NCBI GenBank assembly: GCA_903919045.1 | Contig: CAIXGU010000228.1 | Location: forward strand, 239-64,238 | DNA from: an uncultured Eubacteriales bacterium | GTDB lineage: Bacteria > Bacillota > Clostridia > Saccharofermentanales > UBA5734 | Reading direction: 5' to 3' | DNA length: 64,000 nucleotides | In this document: positions 8,625 to 18,194 of the stretch, piece after piece | Layout of the letters: every line of letters begins with the position of its first letter | Position numbering within the stretch: the first letter of the stretch is position 1 | Translations under genes and position numbers: made by a program | Notes under the pieces: generated by a model | What the model was told of the DNA's origin: nothing | The model's database searches: none | Seen by the model: only the letters and a program-made list of their open reading frames with translations

Positions 8625-9140
8625 TCAGCCCTTCCCTCCCTCCGACGCGCCGTCCTTCCTGCGCGCCGGCCACCGCCACGTCGGGAGGTCTTTCGCGAAC
8701 AGGACGACGATCCCGAGGGCGATCGACGAGCAGACGATCAGCGTGTCGGCGAGATTGAACGTCGGGAAGACGTAGGTCCCGAAGTGGAAGTCGAGGTAGT
8801 CCGTGACGCCGCCGAACCGGAGACGGTCGACGAGGTTCCCCATGGAGCCGGCGCAGAGGAAGGCGAGGCACGCGCGGATCCGGCGGTCCGGGTACGTGAG
8901 GATCGCGACGATCATGACGAGGCTCGCCACGACCGACACGGTGGCGAGGAGGATCCGCCCCGCATCGCTGTCCGCGAGGAAGCTCCAGGCGGCTCCGGTG
9001 TTGGTGCGCAGCGCGAGGTAGAAGAAGCCGTCGATCACCGGACGGGCCTTCGCCGGATCCAGGATCCCCGACAGGTATGCTTTCAAGAGCTGGTCGGCGA
9101 CGGCGCCGACGATCGCGATCAGGATCCAGACCATGCCCAT
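8625..9140 (-). CDS. lspA: Lipoprotein signal peptidase (signal peptidase II)
   Basis: 171 aa with four TM segments and the NxGAAWSF and FNLAD motifs. The lspA-rluD pairing matches Bacillus. Confidence 0.9.
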   Translation of the reverse strand: MGMVWILIAIVGAVADQLLKAYLSGILDPAKARPVIDGFFYLALRTNTGAAWSFLADSDAGRILLATVSVVASLVMIVAILTYPDRRIRACLAFLCAGSMGNLVDRLRFGGVTDYLDFHFGTYVFPTFNLADTLIVCSSIALGIVVLFAKDLPTWRWPARRKDGASEGGKG

Positions 9141-10618
9141 GTCTCCTCGATTCCACGATAGATGGCGTCCGACGCCGGGTCGGGGACGCCGCGGACGCGG
9201 GGGCCGAGCAGGAGTCCGATGGAACGGACGAGCGGAGCCGCCCCCGGGACGGCATCCTTCCGGACCAGCGGCATGAGCGCGGCGGCTCCGGGAAGGAGCG
9301 GCGCGAGCGCGGGCCGGATGCCTACATCATAGCGTCCGCGGGTGGACGCGTCCATCATCTGGGCTTCCGTGAGGGCGCGGAAGGCGGCCGGCAGGCCCCG
9401 ACGGACCAGGGCCGCCGCGAGCGCGGCGGCGACGTCCGCCTCGAAGGTGTCCTTCACGGCGACGATGTCGAGAGGGGACGTGAAAAGAGGACCCGTCGGC
9501 ACGGCCGTGAGGGAGGGCGTCGCGGACGGATCGGGCGCCGCGGTCGGCGTCGCTTCGGTTCCCCTCCCCTCGATCCTTTCGGCGAGTCCCGCCGAAAGGC
9601 CGCGTGCGGATGGGAAGACGGACAGCGAGGATTGGAGCTCGTCCGACCCGAAGACGGCATCGAGCGCCTCCTCGACGGCGGCCCGGCGGACGGGGTCGGT
9701 GAGGCGGCGGCCCGCGGCGGTCGACAGGATCGCGGCCACCAGCCGGTCGCCGTCGCAGCGGGCGATCCGGACGTCCTTCCGGAGCGAGTACGTGCGGAAG
9801 GTCTCCTCGTCGAGCGGCAGCGCGTCGAGGCCGTCGGAGTGGAAGCGCAGGAGCGCATCCCGGTAGTCCCTGCACTCGACGAGCCGGATCCGCTCCACGC
9901 GGCCGGGCGCGGGTCCGGTGCGTTCGAGCAGCACGCCTGCGCCCTTCTCGTAGGCCGCGACGCGGAACGGGCCGGTCCCCGGCATCGGATCCGACGCGGC
10001 GGCGGCCTTCCCCTGGGCGCGCGCGGCCGGGACGACCGGGAACCGGAGCAGCCAGGGCAGGCCGGGTTCGGGCGTCGCGAGATCGATCCGGAGCATGTCG
10101 GCGGTCACGACCGTGAAGACCGGCTGCAGCGCGGACAGGGCGTCGTGGAGGGCGCCGCTCCCCTGGGCGAGCCACAGGCGTCCGGAGGCCGCGACGTCCT
10201 CGGGCGAAAGCGCCGATCCGTCGTGGAAGGCCGCGTCCGTCCGGATCAGGAACGACCAGGAGGTGCCGCCGTCCGCCGACAGCGAGGCGCTGCAGAGCCG
10301 CGGGACGGGTCGGTCATCCTCCCCGAGCGCGAACAGGCCCTCGTAGACGAGCGACATCGCGTCGAGGAGCGGCGCGTTCCGGGAACGGAACGGATCGAGC
10401 CGGTCGAGCGGCAGCATCCAGAGGCGGAGCGTCCCGGAGATCGGGGCGTCCGTCGGGGTCGCCTCCGTCGGCAGTGACGGCGCAACGGCCGGAGTCGACG
10501 TCGGGGACGCGCAACCGGATGCGAGGGACAGCAGGAGGATGAGGGCGAGGAGGGTCCGCGCCGCCTGCACGCGGGTCCGCGCGCCGCGCCGGCGGAGGCC
10601 GGCCGGAAACGGCGTCAT
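9119..10618 (-). CDS. Lipoprotein: family-5 (oligopeptide/dipeptide/nickel-type) solute-binding protein with no cognate permease genes nearby
   Basis: The ATG is at 10616-10618. The signal peptide has the lipobox LSLASGC. Further motifs are LVYEGLF and PGTGPFRV. The 3' end overlaps the lspA start by 22 nt. Confidence 0.72.
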   Translation of the reverse strand: MTPFPAGLRRRGARTRVQAARTLLALILLLSLASGCASPTSTPAVAPSLPTEATPTDAPISGTLRLWMLPLDRLDPFRSRNAPLLDAMSLVYEGLFALGEDDRPVPRLCSASLSADGGTSWSFLIRTDAAFHDGSALSPEDVAASGRLWLAQGSGALHDALSALQPVFTVVTADMLRIDLATPEPGLPWLLRFPVVPAARAQGKAAAASDPMPGTGPFRVAAYEKGAGVLLERTGPAPGRVERIRLVECRDYRDALLRFHSDGLDALPLDEETFRTYSLRKDVRIARCDGDRLVAAILSTAAGRRLTDPVRRAAVEEALDAVFGSDELQSSLSVFPSARGLSAGLAERIEGRGTEATPTAAPDPSATPSLTAVPTGPLFTSPLDIVAVKDTFEADVAAALAAALVRRGLPAAFRALTEAQMMDASTRGRYDVGIRPALAPLLPGAAALMPLVRKDAVPGAAPLVRSIGLLLGPRVRGVPDPASDAIYRGIEETWAWSGS

Positions 10619-11397
10619 TCGCTTTCCCGGATGCGACGGATCGAGAGCGCGCGTCCGGTCGACGGGTCGGCCTCGACCAGGACGCCTTCGATGCGGGCCG
10701 GACCGCGGGCGACTTCGAATGCGCAAGGGAGGCGGTCGACGATGCGCCGCATCGAGCAGGACTTCTCCATGCCGATGATGCCGTCGGTCGGACCGGTCAT
10801 GCCGACATCCGTCAGGAAGGCCGTTCCCCGCTCGAGGATGCGCTCGTCGGCCGTGGGCACGTGCGTGTGCGTCCCGACGACGAGCGTCGCGCGCCCGTCG
10901 ACGAACTCGGCCATCACGTTCTTCTCCGACGACGCCTCGGCGTGGAAGTCGATCACGGTGATGCGGCAGCCCTTCTCGCGCCGGGTGCCCTCGAGCAGGG
11001 CGTCGATCGTCGCGAAGGGGTCGTCCGCCGGCTCCATGGCGATCCGTCCGAGCAGGTTCGCGACGAGGACCGGGATGCCGCCGACGTCGAGGAAGGCATA
11101 CCCCTTCCCCGGCCAGGCCGCCGGGCCGTTCAGGGGCCGGACGAGGAACGGCTCGGATTCGATCGACGAGAGGAGCTCATGGCGGGACCACGTGTGGTTG
11201 CCGAGGGTGATGCAGTCGACGCCCGCCGCCCGGATCTCCCGCGCGATCGGCAGGCTGATGCCGAGCCCCGCGGCGGCGTTCTCGCCGTTCGCGATGCAGA
11301 CGTCGACCGAGAGGGCCTTGCGCAAGGCGGGCAGGCGGTCCTTGAGGATCCGCCTGCCCGGATTTCCGACGATGTCGCCGAGGAAGAGGATGTTCAC
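10615..11397 (-). CDS. ymdB: YmdB-family metallophosphoesterase (2',3'-cyclic-nucleotide phosphodiesterase)
   Basis: 260 aa with MNILFLGDIVG, GENAA and GNH motifs. It lies immediately downstream of rny, as in Bacillus. Confidence 0.9.
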   Translation of the reverse strand: MNILFLGDIVGNPGRRILKDRLPALRKALSVDVCIANGENAAAGLGISLPIAREIRAAGVDCITLGNHTWSRHELLSSIESEPFLVRPLNGPAAWPGKGYAFLDVGGIPVLVANLLGRIAMEPADDPFATIDALLEGTRREKGCRITVIDFHAEASSEKNVMAEFVDGRATLVVGTHTHVPTADERILERGTAFLTDVGMTGPTDGIIGMEKSCSMRRIVDRLPCAFEVARGPARIEGVLVEADPSTGRALSIRRIRESE

Positions 11398-11411
11398 CCG
11401 GAGCCTCCGCT

Positions 11412-13037
11412 CTACTTCGCGTACTCCATGGCGCGCGACTCGCGGATGATGTGGACCTTGATCTGGCCGGGATAGTCGAGCTCCTCCTCGATCCGGCGGG
11501 CGATCTCGCGCGCCTTGAGGATCATGTCGTCATCCCGGACGGTCTCCGGCTTCACCATCACCCGGATCTCGCGTCCGGCCTGGATCGCGTAGGACTTCTC
11601 CACGCCTTCGAACGAGTTGGCGATCTCCTCGAGCTTCTGGATGCGCTTGATGTAGGCCTCGAGATTCTCGCGGCGGGCGCCCGGGCGCGCGGCGGAGATC
11701 GCATCGGCGGCCGCGACCAGCACGGAGATCAGGGAGTTCGGCTCCTCGTCCCCGTGGTGGGACATGATCGCGTTGATCACCTCGGGGCCTTCCTTGTACT
11801 TCCGGGCGAGCTCGGCGCCGAGCGTGATGTGCGAGCCCTCCATCTCGAAGTCGGCGGCCTTGCCGATGTCGTGCAGGAGACCGGCGCGCTTGGCCATCAT
11901 GACGTCCAGCCCGAGCTCGGAGGCCATCATGCCGGCGAGCCAGCAGACCTCGACCACGTGCTGGAGCACGTTCTGGCCGTAGCTCGTGCGGTAGCGCAGG
12001 CGGCCGAGCAGCTTCAGGATCTCGGGGTGCAGCCCCATGATGCCGGTGTCGAAGGCGACGCGGTCGCCCTCCTGCCGGATCGTCTGCTCGACTTCCTTTC
12101 GGGCCTTGTCGGCCATCTCCTCGATGCGCGCCGGGTGGATGCGTCCGTCCTGGATCAGCTTCTCGAGCGTGATCCGGGCGATCTCGCGGCGGATCGGGTC
12201 GAAGCTCGATAGGACGACGGCCTCCGGGGTGTCGTCGATGATGAGGTCGACGCCCGTGAGCGTCTCGATCGCGCGGATGTTGCGGCCTTCGCGGCCGATG
12301 ATCCGTCCCTTCATCTCGTCGCTCGGGAGGGCGACGACCGAGACGGTGTTCTCCGATACGTAGTCGGCCGCGTAGCGCTGGATCGCGCCCACGATGATCT
12401 CGCGGGCCTTCTCGTTGGCGGACTCCTTGGCTTCTTCCTCCATGGAGCGGAGCATGACGGCCATGTCGTGGCGGTAGTCGTTGCGCGCGGTCTCCAGCAC
12501 CTGGCTGCGGGCGTCATCGAGGCTGAGCCCGGACACGCGCTCCAGCTCGAGCACCTTCTGGCGCTCGAGCTCCTTGGCCTTCTCCTCGATCCTCTGGACG
12601 TCGCGGAAGCGCTCGTCCAGTTGTTCGTCCTTCGCTTCGAGCGACTCGAGCTTGCGGTCGAGGGACTCCTCCTTCTGCTCGAGGCGCGTCTTCTCCCTGG
12701 CGATCTCCTGCTTCCGGTCCTTGAGGTCCTTCTCGAGCTCGAGACGGCTCTTGTGGATCTCCTCCTTGGCCTGGAGGAGCAGCTCCTTCTTCCGGTTCTC
12801 CCCTGCCTTCTGCGCTTCGGCCAGGAGCTTCTGCGCCTGCTGCTCGGAGTTCTCGATCGATTCCTTCAGCTTCCTGCGGCTGCTGTTCAGTCCGATCCGG
12901 TTGACGACCGCGGCTCCGACGGCTCCGACGAGCACGCCTGCGACCGCGGATACGGCGATCTGAATGACGTCGTTGATGTCAAACACCTCCCTGTATGCTC
13001 TTTTCAAAGTGCAAGCCCGTTGCCGGCGCTTGGTCAC
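11412..13037 (-). CDS. rny: Ribonuclease Y
   Basis: An N-terminal TM and coiled coil are followed by a KH domain ([12 protein letters not shown]) and an HD domain (LLHDIGK). The track start is a GTG at 13035-13037. A strong AGGGAGG sits internally at about 12986-12992, so the true start may be about 20 codons later (see findings). Confidence 0.9.
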   Translation of the reverse strand: MTKRRQRACTLKRAYREVFDINDVIQIAVSAVAGVLVGAVGAAVVNRIGLNSSRRKLKESIENSEQQAQKLLAEAQKAGENRKKELLLQAKEEIHKSRLELEKDLKDRKQEIAREKTRLEQKEESLDRKLESLEAKDEQLDERFRDVQRIEEKAKELERQKVLELERVSGLSLDDARSQVLETARNDYRHDMAVMLRSMEEEAKESANEKAREIIVGAIQRYAADYVSENTVSVVALPSDEMKGRIIGREGRNIRAIETLTGVDLIIDDTPEAVVLSSFDPIRREIARITLEKLIQDGRIHPARIEEMADKARKEVEQTIRQEGDRVAFDTGIMGLHPEILKLLGRLRYRTSYGQNVLQHVVEVCWLAGMMASELGLDVMMAKRAGLLHDIGKAADFEMEGSHITLGAELARKYKEGPEVINAIMSHHGDEEPNSLISVLVAAADAISAARPGARRENLEAYIKRIQKLEEIANSFEGVEKSYAIQAGREIRVMVKPETVRDDDMILKAREIARRIEEELDYPGQIKVHIIRESRAMEYAK

Positions 13038-13048
13038 CTAGTCCATTC

Positions 13049-13077
13049 ATTCTATAGAACCGGTCCATCCTAGTCAA
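13049..13077 (-). promoter_or_regulatory. SigA-type promoter for rny (TTGACT, 17 nt, TAGAAT)
   Basis: The reverse complement of 13072-13077 is TTGACT and that of 13049-13054 is TAGAAT, with a 17-nt spacer. Confidence 0.6.
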
Positions 13078-13184
13078 CCGAACCGGAGGCGCGGGAACCG
13101 GCGTCCGGACGCCCTCCCCGCGGCCCGGCGCGCCGCTCCGCCGCCCTCGCGCGGCCCCCACCGCTTGCATGCCGACGGCGGCTC

Positions 13185-14207
13185 GTGCATGGTGGAGGCA
13201 TGGACCTGACGCTCTTCCTGACCGTCCCGCCGGAGGATGACGGTCGCCGCGCCGTCGATGCGCTGCGAACGCGCCTCGGCGTCTCGCGGACGCTCGCGAA
13301 GCGGATCCGCCTGTACGGAGGTCTCCTGCGCAACGGCGCGCCCTGCCGGATGCGCGACCCCGTGCAGGCGGGAGACGTCCTCGAGGCGCGCCTGCCTGCC
13401 GCCCCCGGCGCGGAGGCTTGCTCCGCCGGCGGGCCCGAGGCGGGAGCCGCCGGCTCCGGAGCCGACCCGTCCCTCGCAGCGGAGCGCGCCGCGACGGACG
13501 CTGCGTTCACAGCGGACGGGGGACGGATCCCGTACCTCGACGACCGGATCTGCGTCGCCGACAAGCCGGCCGGCTGGCTGACGCACCCGACCCGCCGCGA
13601 GCGCCGCTCGTTGACCGAGGTCGTCGCCTTCCGCACCGGAGCATCGACCGTCCACCCCGTGAGCCGCCTCGACCGCGGCACGTCGGGGCTCCTCGTCATC
13701 GCCCTCGACGCCTATTCCGCGAACGCGCTCGCCCGGTCGTCGCGCGAAGGCGACGGCGTCCGCGAATACCTGGGATGGGTCGAAGGGATCCCCGACCCGC
13801 CGATCGGGACGATCGACGTCCCGATCGCCCATGACGCGACGTCGGGTCCCCGCCGGACGACCGCCCCGGAAGGTCGGCCGTCGACGACCGAATACGCGCT
13901 GGTGCGCACCGACTTCTCCGTCGAGGCGCCGGGTACGGCCGGCCGCGCCGTCTCGCTCGTCCGGTTCCGCCTGCGGTCCGGCCGGACGCACCAGATCCGC
14001 GTCCATGCGCTCCATGCGGGCTTCCCGCTCGTCGGGGACCCGCTCTACGGCGGGAACGCGGAAGGCAGCCCCGACGGAGCGGCCCATCCTTCCCTGCACG
14101 CGGCGCGTCTCGTCGTGCGCCACCCGATCGACGGCAGGATCCTGGAATTCGAAAGCCCGATGCCGGACGCGAAGGACCCGACCCGGCAGGGTCGCGGCTG
14201 CGGCTAG
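13185..14207 (+). CDS. RluA-family pseudouridine synthase with N-terminal S4-like domain
   Basis: 340 aa with the catalytic VSRLDRGTSGLLVIA motif and GRTHQIRVH. An alternative start is the ATG at 13200. The stop overlaps the recN stop (CTAG at 14204-14207). Confidence 0.85.
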   Translation: MHGGGMDLTLFLTVPPEDDGRRAVDALRTRLGVSRTLAKRIRLYGGLLRNGAPCRMRDPVQAGDVLEARLPAAPGAEACSAGGPEAGAAGSGADPSLAAERAATDAAFTADGGRIPYLDDRICVADKPAGWLTHPTRRERRSLTEVVAFRTGASTVHPVSRLDRGTSGLLVIALDAYSANALARSSREGDGVREYLGWVEGIPDPPIGTIDVPIAHDATSGPRRTTAPEGRPSTTEYALVRTDFSVEAPGTAGRAVSLVRFRLRSGRTHQIRVHALHAGFPLVGDPLYGGNAEGSPDGAAHPSLHAARLVVRHPIDGRILEFESPMPDAKDPTRQGRGCG

Positions 14208-15949
14208 CCTTCGGCCTCGCTGCGGATCCGGCTCCGGGAGGCGTCGGCATGCCCCAGAAGGCGCTCCGCGAGGTCCAGCGCCTCCGATTCCCCCGTGCCG
14301 CCCGACAGCAGGCGCGCGAGCTCGGCGCGCCGCTCCGCTCGGTCGAGGGCGCGCAGCGAAGTCCAGGTCCGCTGCCCGTCCGTCGTCTTCTCGATCAGGA
14401 TCTGGTGGTCCGCCATCGCGGCGATCTGGGCCATGTGCGTGACGCAGATCACCTGGTGAGAACCGGCGAGCCGCGAGAGCTTCTCGCCGACGCTGCCGGC
14501 CGTGCGGCCGCTGATGCCCGTGTCGACCTCGTCGAAGATCAGCACGGGGATCCGGTCCGCGTCCGCGAGGATCGCCTTGATCGCCAGCATGATCCGGGCC
14601 GCCTCTCCGCCCGACGCGATGCGCGCGAGCGGCTTGAGGGGCTCCCCGGGGTTCGGCGAGATCAGGAACTCGACCTGGTCGGTTCCGGTGCGCAGGAAGC
14701 GCGGCGCGGGCCGTTCCTCCTCCTCCTTCGCCTCGTTCGCCGGGGCGATGCGCACCGCGAACCGCACGCCGCGCATTCCGAGCGTCTCGAGCTCCGCGCC
14801 GATGCGCGACGAGATGCGCTCGGAGGCTTCGGTACGCAGCCGCGTGAGGACGGCGGCCTTCGCGAGGAGGACCTCCGTCTGGGCGATCGATTCCTTCTCG
14901 AGCCGCGCATGCTCGGCTTCGCCGTCCTCGAGCGCGGCAAGGCGGCGCGCGGCGTTCTCGAGGTAGCGGGCGACCTCGGCGAGCGTGCCGCCGTATTTCT
15001 TCTTGAGCCGGAACAGCAGATCGAGGCGCTCGTCGATCTGCTCGAGCTCGCCCGGCTTGACCTCGATTCCCTCGACCAGGCGCCGGAGCCCCGCTGCGGA
15101 GGTCTCGACGGCCATCCTGGCCTCTTCGAGCGCGGCGCGGTGCTCCTCGGCCTTCGCGAGGCTCCGCGCCGCGGTCTCCACGCGTGCGACGGCCGACGCG
15201 AGGGCGGCGGAGACGGACGCTTCCCCCTCTCCTTCGAGGATCTCGTAGGCGGCCTCGAGGGACTCGATGATCCGTCCGGCGTTCGCGACGACCTTCCGCC
15301 GCGAGGCCAGGCGCTCGTCCTCGTCGGGGCGGATCCCGGCCCGCTGGATCTCGTCGACCTGATAGCGGAGGAGGTCCAGCGTGCGCTCGCGTTCGGCCGG
15401 ATCCGATCCGAGCTCCTCCATCCGGCGACGGATCGCCTGCAGCCGGTCGAATTCCGCACCATAGTCCGCGAGGGCGGCCTGGATCGGCTCGCCGATCGAA
15501 CGGTCGAGAAGCGCGAGGTGCGTTTCGGGCCGGAAGATCGCCTGGTTGTCGTTCTGGCCGTGGATGTCGACGAGGTAGGACAGGAGCTCCCGGAGCACCG
15601 CGAGCGGAACCATGCGGCCGTTCACGCGGCAGAGGCTGCGGCCGTTCGCCGAGATCTCGCGGCCGACATACAGCTCATCCCCCTCGTCGAGACGCAGGCC
15701 GGTCGACTCCGCGAAGTCGGACGGGATCCGGTCGGAGACGCCCCGGAACACGGCCTCGAGGACCGCCGTCTCCGATCCGCTGCGCACCATGTCGCGTCCC
15801 GTCCGCTCGCCCGCGATCGCGGAGATCGCATCGATGACGATCGATTTGCCGGCGCCCGTTTCACCTGTAAGGACGTTCAGTCCTGCAAACGGCAGGATCT
15901 CGACGCGGTCGATCAGAGCGAAGTCCCGGATCTCGAGCCGGACCAGCAT
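14204..15949 (-). CDS. recN: DNA repair protein RecN
   Basis: The ATG is at 15947-15949. The N-terminus is MLVRLEIRDFALID with Walker A GETGAGKS, followed by a long coiled coil, the ABC signature SGGE and Walker B LIFDEVD. Confidence 0.93.
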   Translation of the reverse strand: MLVRLEIRDFALIDRVEILPFAGLNVLTGETGAGKSIVIDAISAIAGERTGRDMVRSGSETAVLEAVFRGVSDRIPSDFAESTGLRLDEGDELYVGREISANGRSLCRVNGRMVPLAVLRELLSYLVDIHGQNDNQAIFRPETHLALLDRSIGEPIQAALADYGAEFDRLQAIRRRMEELGSDPAERERTLDLLRYQVDEIQRAGIRPDEDERLASRRKVVANAGRIIESLEAAYEILEGEGEASVSAALASAVARVETAARSLAKAEEHRAALEEARMAVETSAAGLRRLVEGIEVKPGELEQIDERLDLLFRLKKKYGGTLAEVARYLENAARRLAALEDGEAEHARLEKESIAQTEVLLAKAAVLTRLRTEASERISSRIGAELETLGMRGVRFAVRIAPANEAKEEEERPAPRFLRTGTDQVEFLISPNPGEPLKPLARIASGGEAARIMLAIKAILADADRIPVLIFDEVDTGISGRTAGSVGEKLSRLAGSHQVICVTHMAQIAAMADHQILIEKTTDGQRTWTSLRALDRAERRAELARLLSGGTGESEALDLAERLLGHADASRSRIRSEAEG

Positions 15950-16422
15950 CAGGCGCCGTCCTCCGCTTCCAGCCCCATCATCCGGCGGATACGACCGCGC
16001 AGGGCGTTCGCGGCGTCTTCGGAGCGGGTCACGGCCACGACGGTGTCGTCGCCGGCGATCGAGCCGAGCAGGTCCGGCATGCGCATCGCGTCGAGCGCGG
16101 AGGCGCATCCCTGGGCCATCCCGGGCAGCGTCCGCAGGACGACGAGGTTGAGGGCGCAGTCGCACGACACGGCGGCCTCGGAGAAGACCTTGAGCAGGCG
16201 CCCGGGCGAGACCTCGCCCGTCCGCTCCATCGGCACGTACTTCTGGGAGCCGTCCGCGGCCACGACCTTGATCACGCCGAGCTCCTTGATGTCGCGCGAG
16301 ACGGTCGCCTGCGTGACCGCGAGGCCCTGGGCGACGAGCGCCGCGACGAGGTCCTCCTGCGTCGCGATCGGCGTGGACTCGATCAGGGCGAGGAGTCGGG
16401 CCTGGCGCTCACGCTTGGTCAT
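15949..16422 (-). CDS. argR: Arginine repressor ArgR/AhrC
   Basis: The ATG at 16420-16422 lies 8 nt after GAGGGGAGG. It has a winged-helix N-terminus (QATVSRDIKELG) and GTIAGDDT-like GSIAGDDTV. Confidence 0.9.
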   Translation of the reverse strand: MTKRERQARLLALIESTPIATQEDLVAALVAQGLAVTQATVSRDIKELGVIKVVAADGSQKYVPMERTGEVSPGRLLKVFSEAAVSCDCALNLVVLRTLPGMAQGCASALDAMRMPDLLGSIAGDDTVVAVTRSEDAANALRGRIRRMMGLEAEDGA

Positions 16423-17281
16423 TGTCCCGGCCTCCCCTCGCATAGAGCTTCCTGGGCATCGAGCCGAAGAAGTCCGAGGGGCCGAGACGCAGCAGGCGCA
16501 GCGGGCGCTCGGCGCGTCGTACGGACACCCGGTCGCCCGGCGAGAGCAGCGTCTCCGTGCGGCCGTCGACCGTCAGCACGGCGTCGTAGGGGTAATCGCA
16601 GACCACGGCCTCGGCCTCGCCGTCGCCCGACGTGACGTAGCTGCGGTTGTGCAGCGTGTGCGGGCAGATCGGCGTGACGAGGATCAGCGACAGGTCGGGC
16701 CGGAGGATCGGCCCCCCCGAGGACAGCGAATAGCCGGTCGACCCGGTCGGGCTCGAGAGGATCAGGCCGTCGCCGGGCACGGTCTCGACGTGGCGGCCGT
16801 CGATGAAGAGATCCAGCGTGAGGATGCGCGAGATGCCGCCGCGGGACACGACGGCGTCGTTGAGCGCGACGTGGCGGCTCTTCACGCCCCCCTCGGCGTC
16901 CCGCGCGGTCACGTCCAGCATCATGCGCTCCTCGATCCGGAAGCATCCGTCGAGGATCGACCGGACCGCCCGGGGGAGCTCCGACGGCTGGATCTCGGCG
17001 AGGAAGCCGAGGCTGCCGAGGTTCACGCCCACCAGCGGGACGCCGGTCAGGGAGTGGCTCTGGACGGCGGACAGGAAGGTCCCGTCGCCGCCGAGGCACA
17101 GGATCGCGTCGCAGGACGCGTAATGGGCGAAGTCCAGGCCGGGGGCGCCGTCGAGCGGCGTGCCTTCGTATTCGGCGCCGGCGACCGGCGTTCCGCCGGC
17201 CTGCGCGATCTCGCGGGACGCCGCGAGGGCGACGCCGAAGCCCGGGTCCTTGAGGGGGTTGGAGATGATGCCGATCCTCAC
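16409..17281 (-). CDS. nadK: NAD kinase
   Basis: 290 aa with the GGDGT motif (LCLGGDGTF), NLGSLGFL and STGYSLSSGGP. Confidence 0.92.
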   Translation of the reverse strand: MRIGIISNPLKDPGFGVALAASREIAQAGGTPVAGAEYEGTPLDGAPGLDFAHYASCDAILCLGGDGTFLSAVQSHSLTGVPLVGVNLGSLGFLAEIQPSELPRAVRSILDGCFRIEERMMLDVTARDAEGGVKSRHVALNDAVVSRGGISRILTLDLFIDGRHVETVPGDGLILSSPTGSTGYSLSSGGPILRPDLSLILVTPICPHTLHNRSYVTSGDGEAEAVVCDYPYDAVLTVDGRTETLLSPGDRVSVRRAERPLRLLRLGPSDFFGSMPRKLYARGGRDNDQA

Positions 17282-17351
17282 GACGACCCTGCCTCCCGGC
17301 CTCCCGGCGCCTGCGGCGCGGACCTCCGACGGATTCGTGCATGATTATACA

Positions 17352-18191
17352 TCACGCCTTGGGGCTTTCCAACGCGGCGCGGACCGCCGAAACCGCGCTT
17401 TTCCGGACATCCTGCGACAGGATCGCGCATTGCCCGGGCGAAAGCTCGGGGTGCGCGACGGCGAGCGCGAGGTACTCGGCGTTGCCGTCCCCGCCGCGGA
17501 CCGGAGAGGGCAGCAGGCCCGTGCTGACGAGGTGCGACCGGTTCATCGCGTCGATCACGGATTCGACCGCGCGCAGGTGGTCGTCGGCGCCCCGGACGAT
17601 CCCGCCCTTCCCCACCGCGGCCCGCCCCGCTTCGAACTGGGGCTTCACGAGGCACACGACCGGCCCGCCGGGCGGCGCGAGGGCCGCCAGCGCGGGGAGG
17701 ACCGAGGCGAGCGCGATGAACGAGAGGTCGGCGACCACGACGTCGGGCGGCGGTTCGAGGTCGGCGCGGCGCAGCGATCGGATATCCGTCCCTTCGCGGG
17801 AGCGGACGCGGGGGTCGGCGGCGATCCGCGGGTCGAGCTGCCCGTGTCCGACGTCGACCGCATGGACCATCCGCGCCCCGTGCAGGAGCGCGCAATGCGT
17901 GAAGCCGCCGGTCGAGGCGCCGGCGTCGAGGACGACGAGCCCCTCGAGGGAGAGGCCGAAGGCCGAAAGGGCGCGCTCCAGCTTCATCCCTCCCCGGCTG
18001 ACGTATTTCCCGGTCTCCTTGACGATCCGGAGATCCGCCCCATGCAGGACGGGCTCCGCGGGCTTGCGGACGATCCGTCCGTCGACGGCGACCGCGCCCT
18101 CCTCCACGGCCCGCTGCGCCTTCTCGCGGCTCGTGAAGAGACCGCGCGCGACGAGGAGCCGGTCGAGGCGCTCCCGCGCACCGGAGGCCAC
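17352..18191 (-). CDS. tlyA: TlyA-family rRNA (cytidine-2'-O)-methyltransferase
   Basis: 279 aa with an S4 domain (RLDRLLVARGL), the SAM motif VLDAGASTGGFT, and KPQFE. Confidence 0.9.
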   Translation of the reverse strand: MASGARERLDRLLVARGLFTSREKAQRAVEEGAVAVDGRIVRKPAEPVLHGADLRIVKETGKYVSRGGMKLERALSAFGLSLEGLVVLDAGASTGGFTHCALLHGARMVHAVDVGHGQLDPRIAADPRVRSREGTDIRSLRRADLEPPPDVVVADLSFIALASVLPALAALAPPGGPVVCLVKPQFEAGRAAVGKGGIVRGADDHLRAVESVIDAMNRSHLVSTGLLPSPVRGGDGNAEYLALAVAHPELSPGQCAILSQDVRKSAVSAVRAALESPKA

Positions 18192-18194
18192 GCG

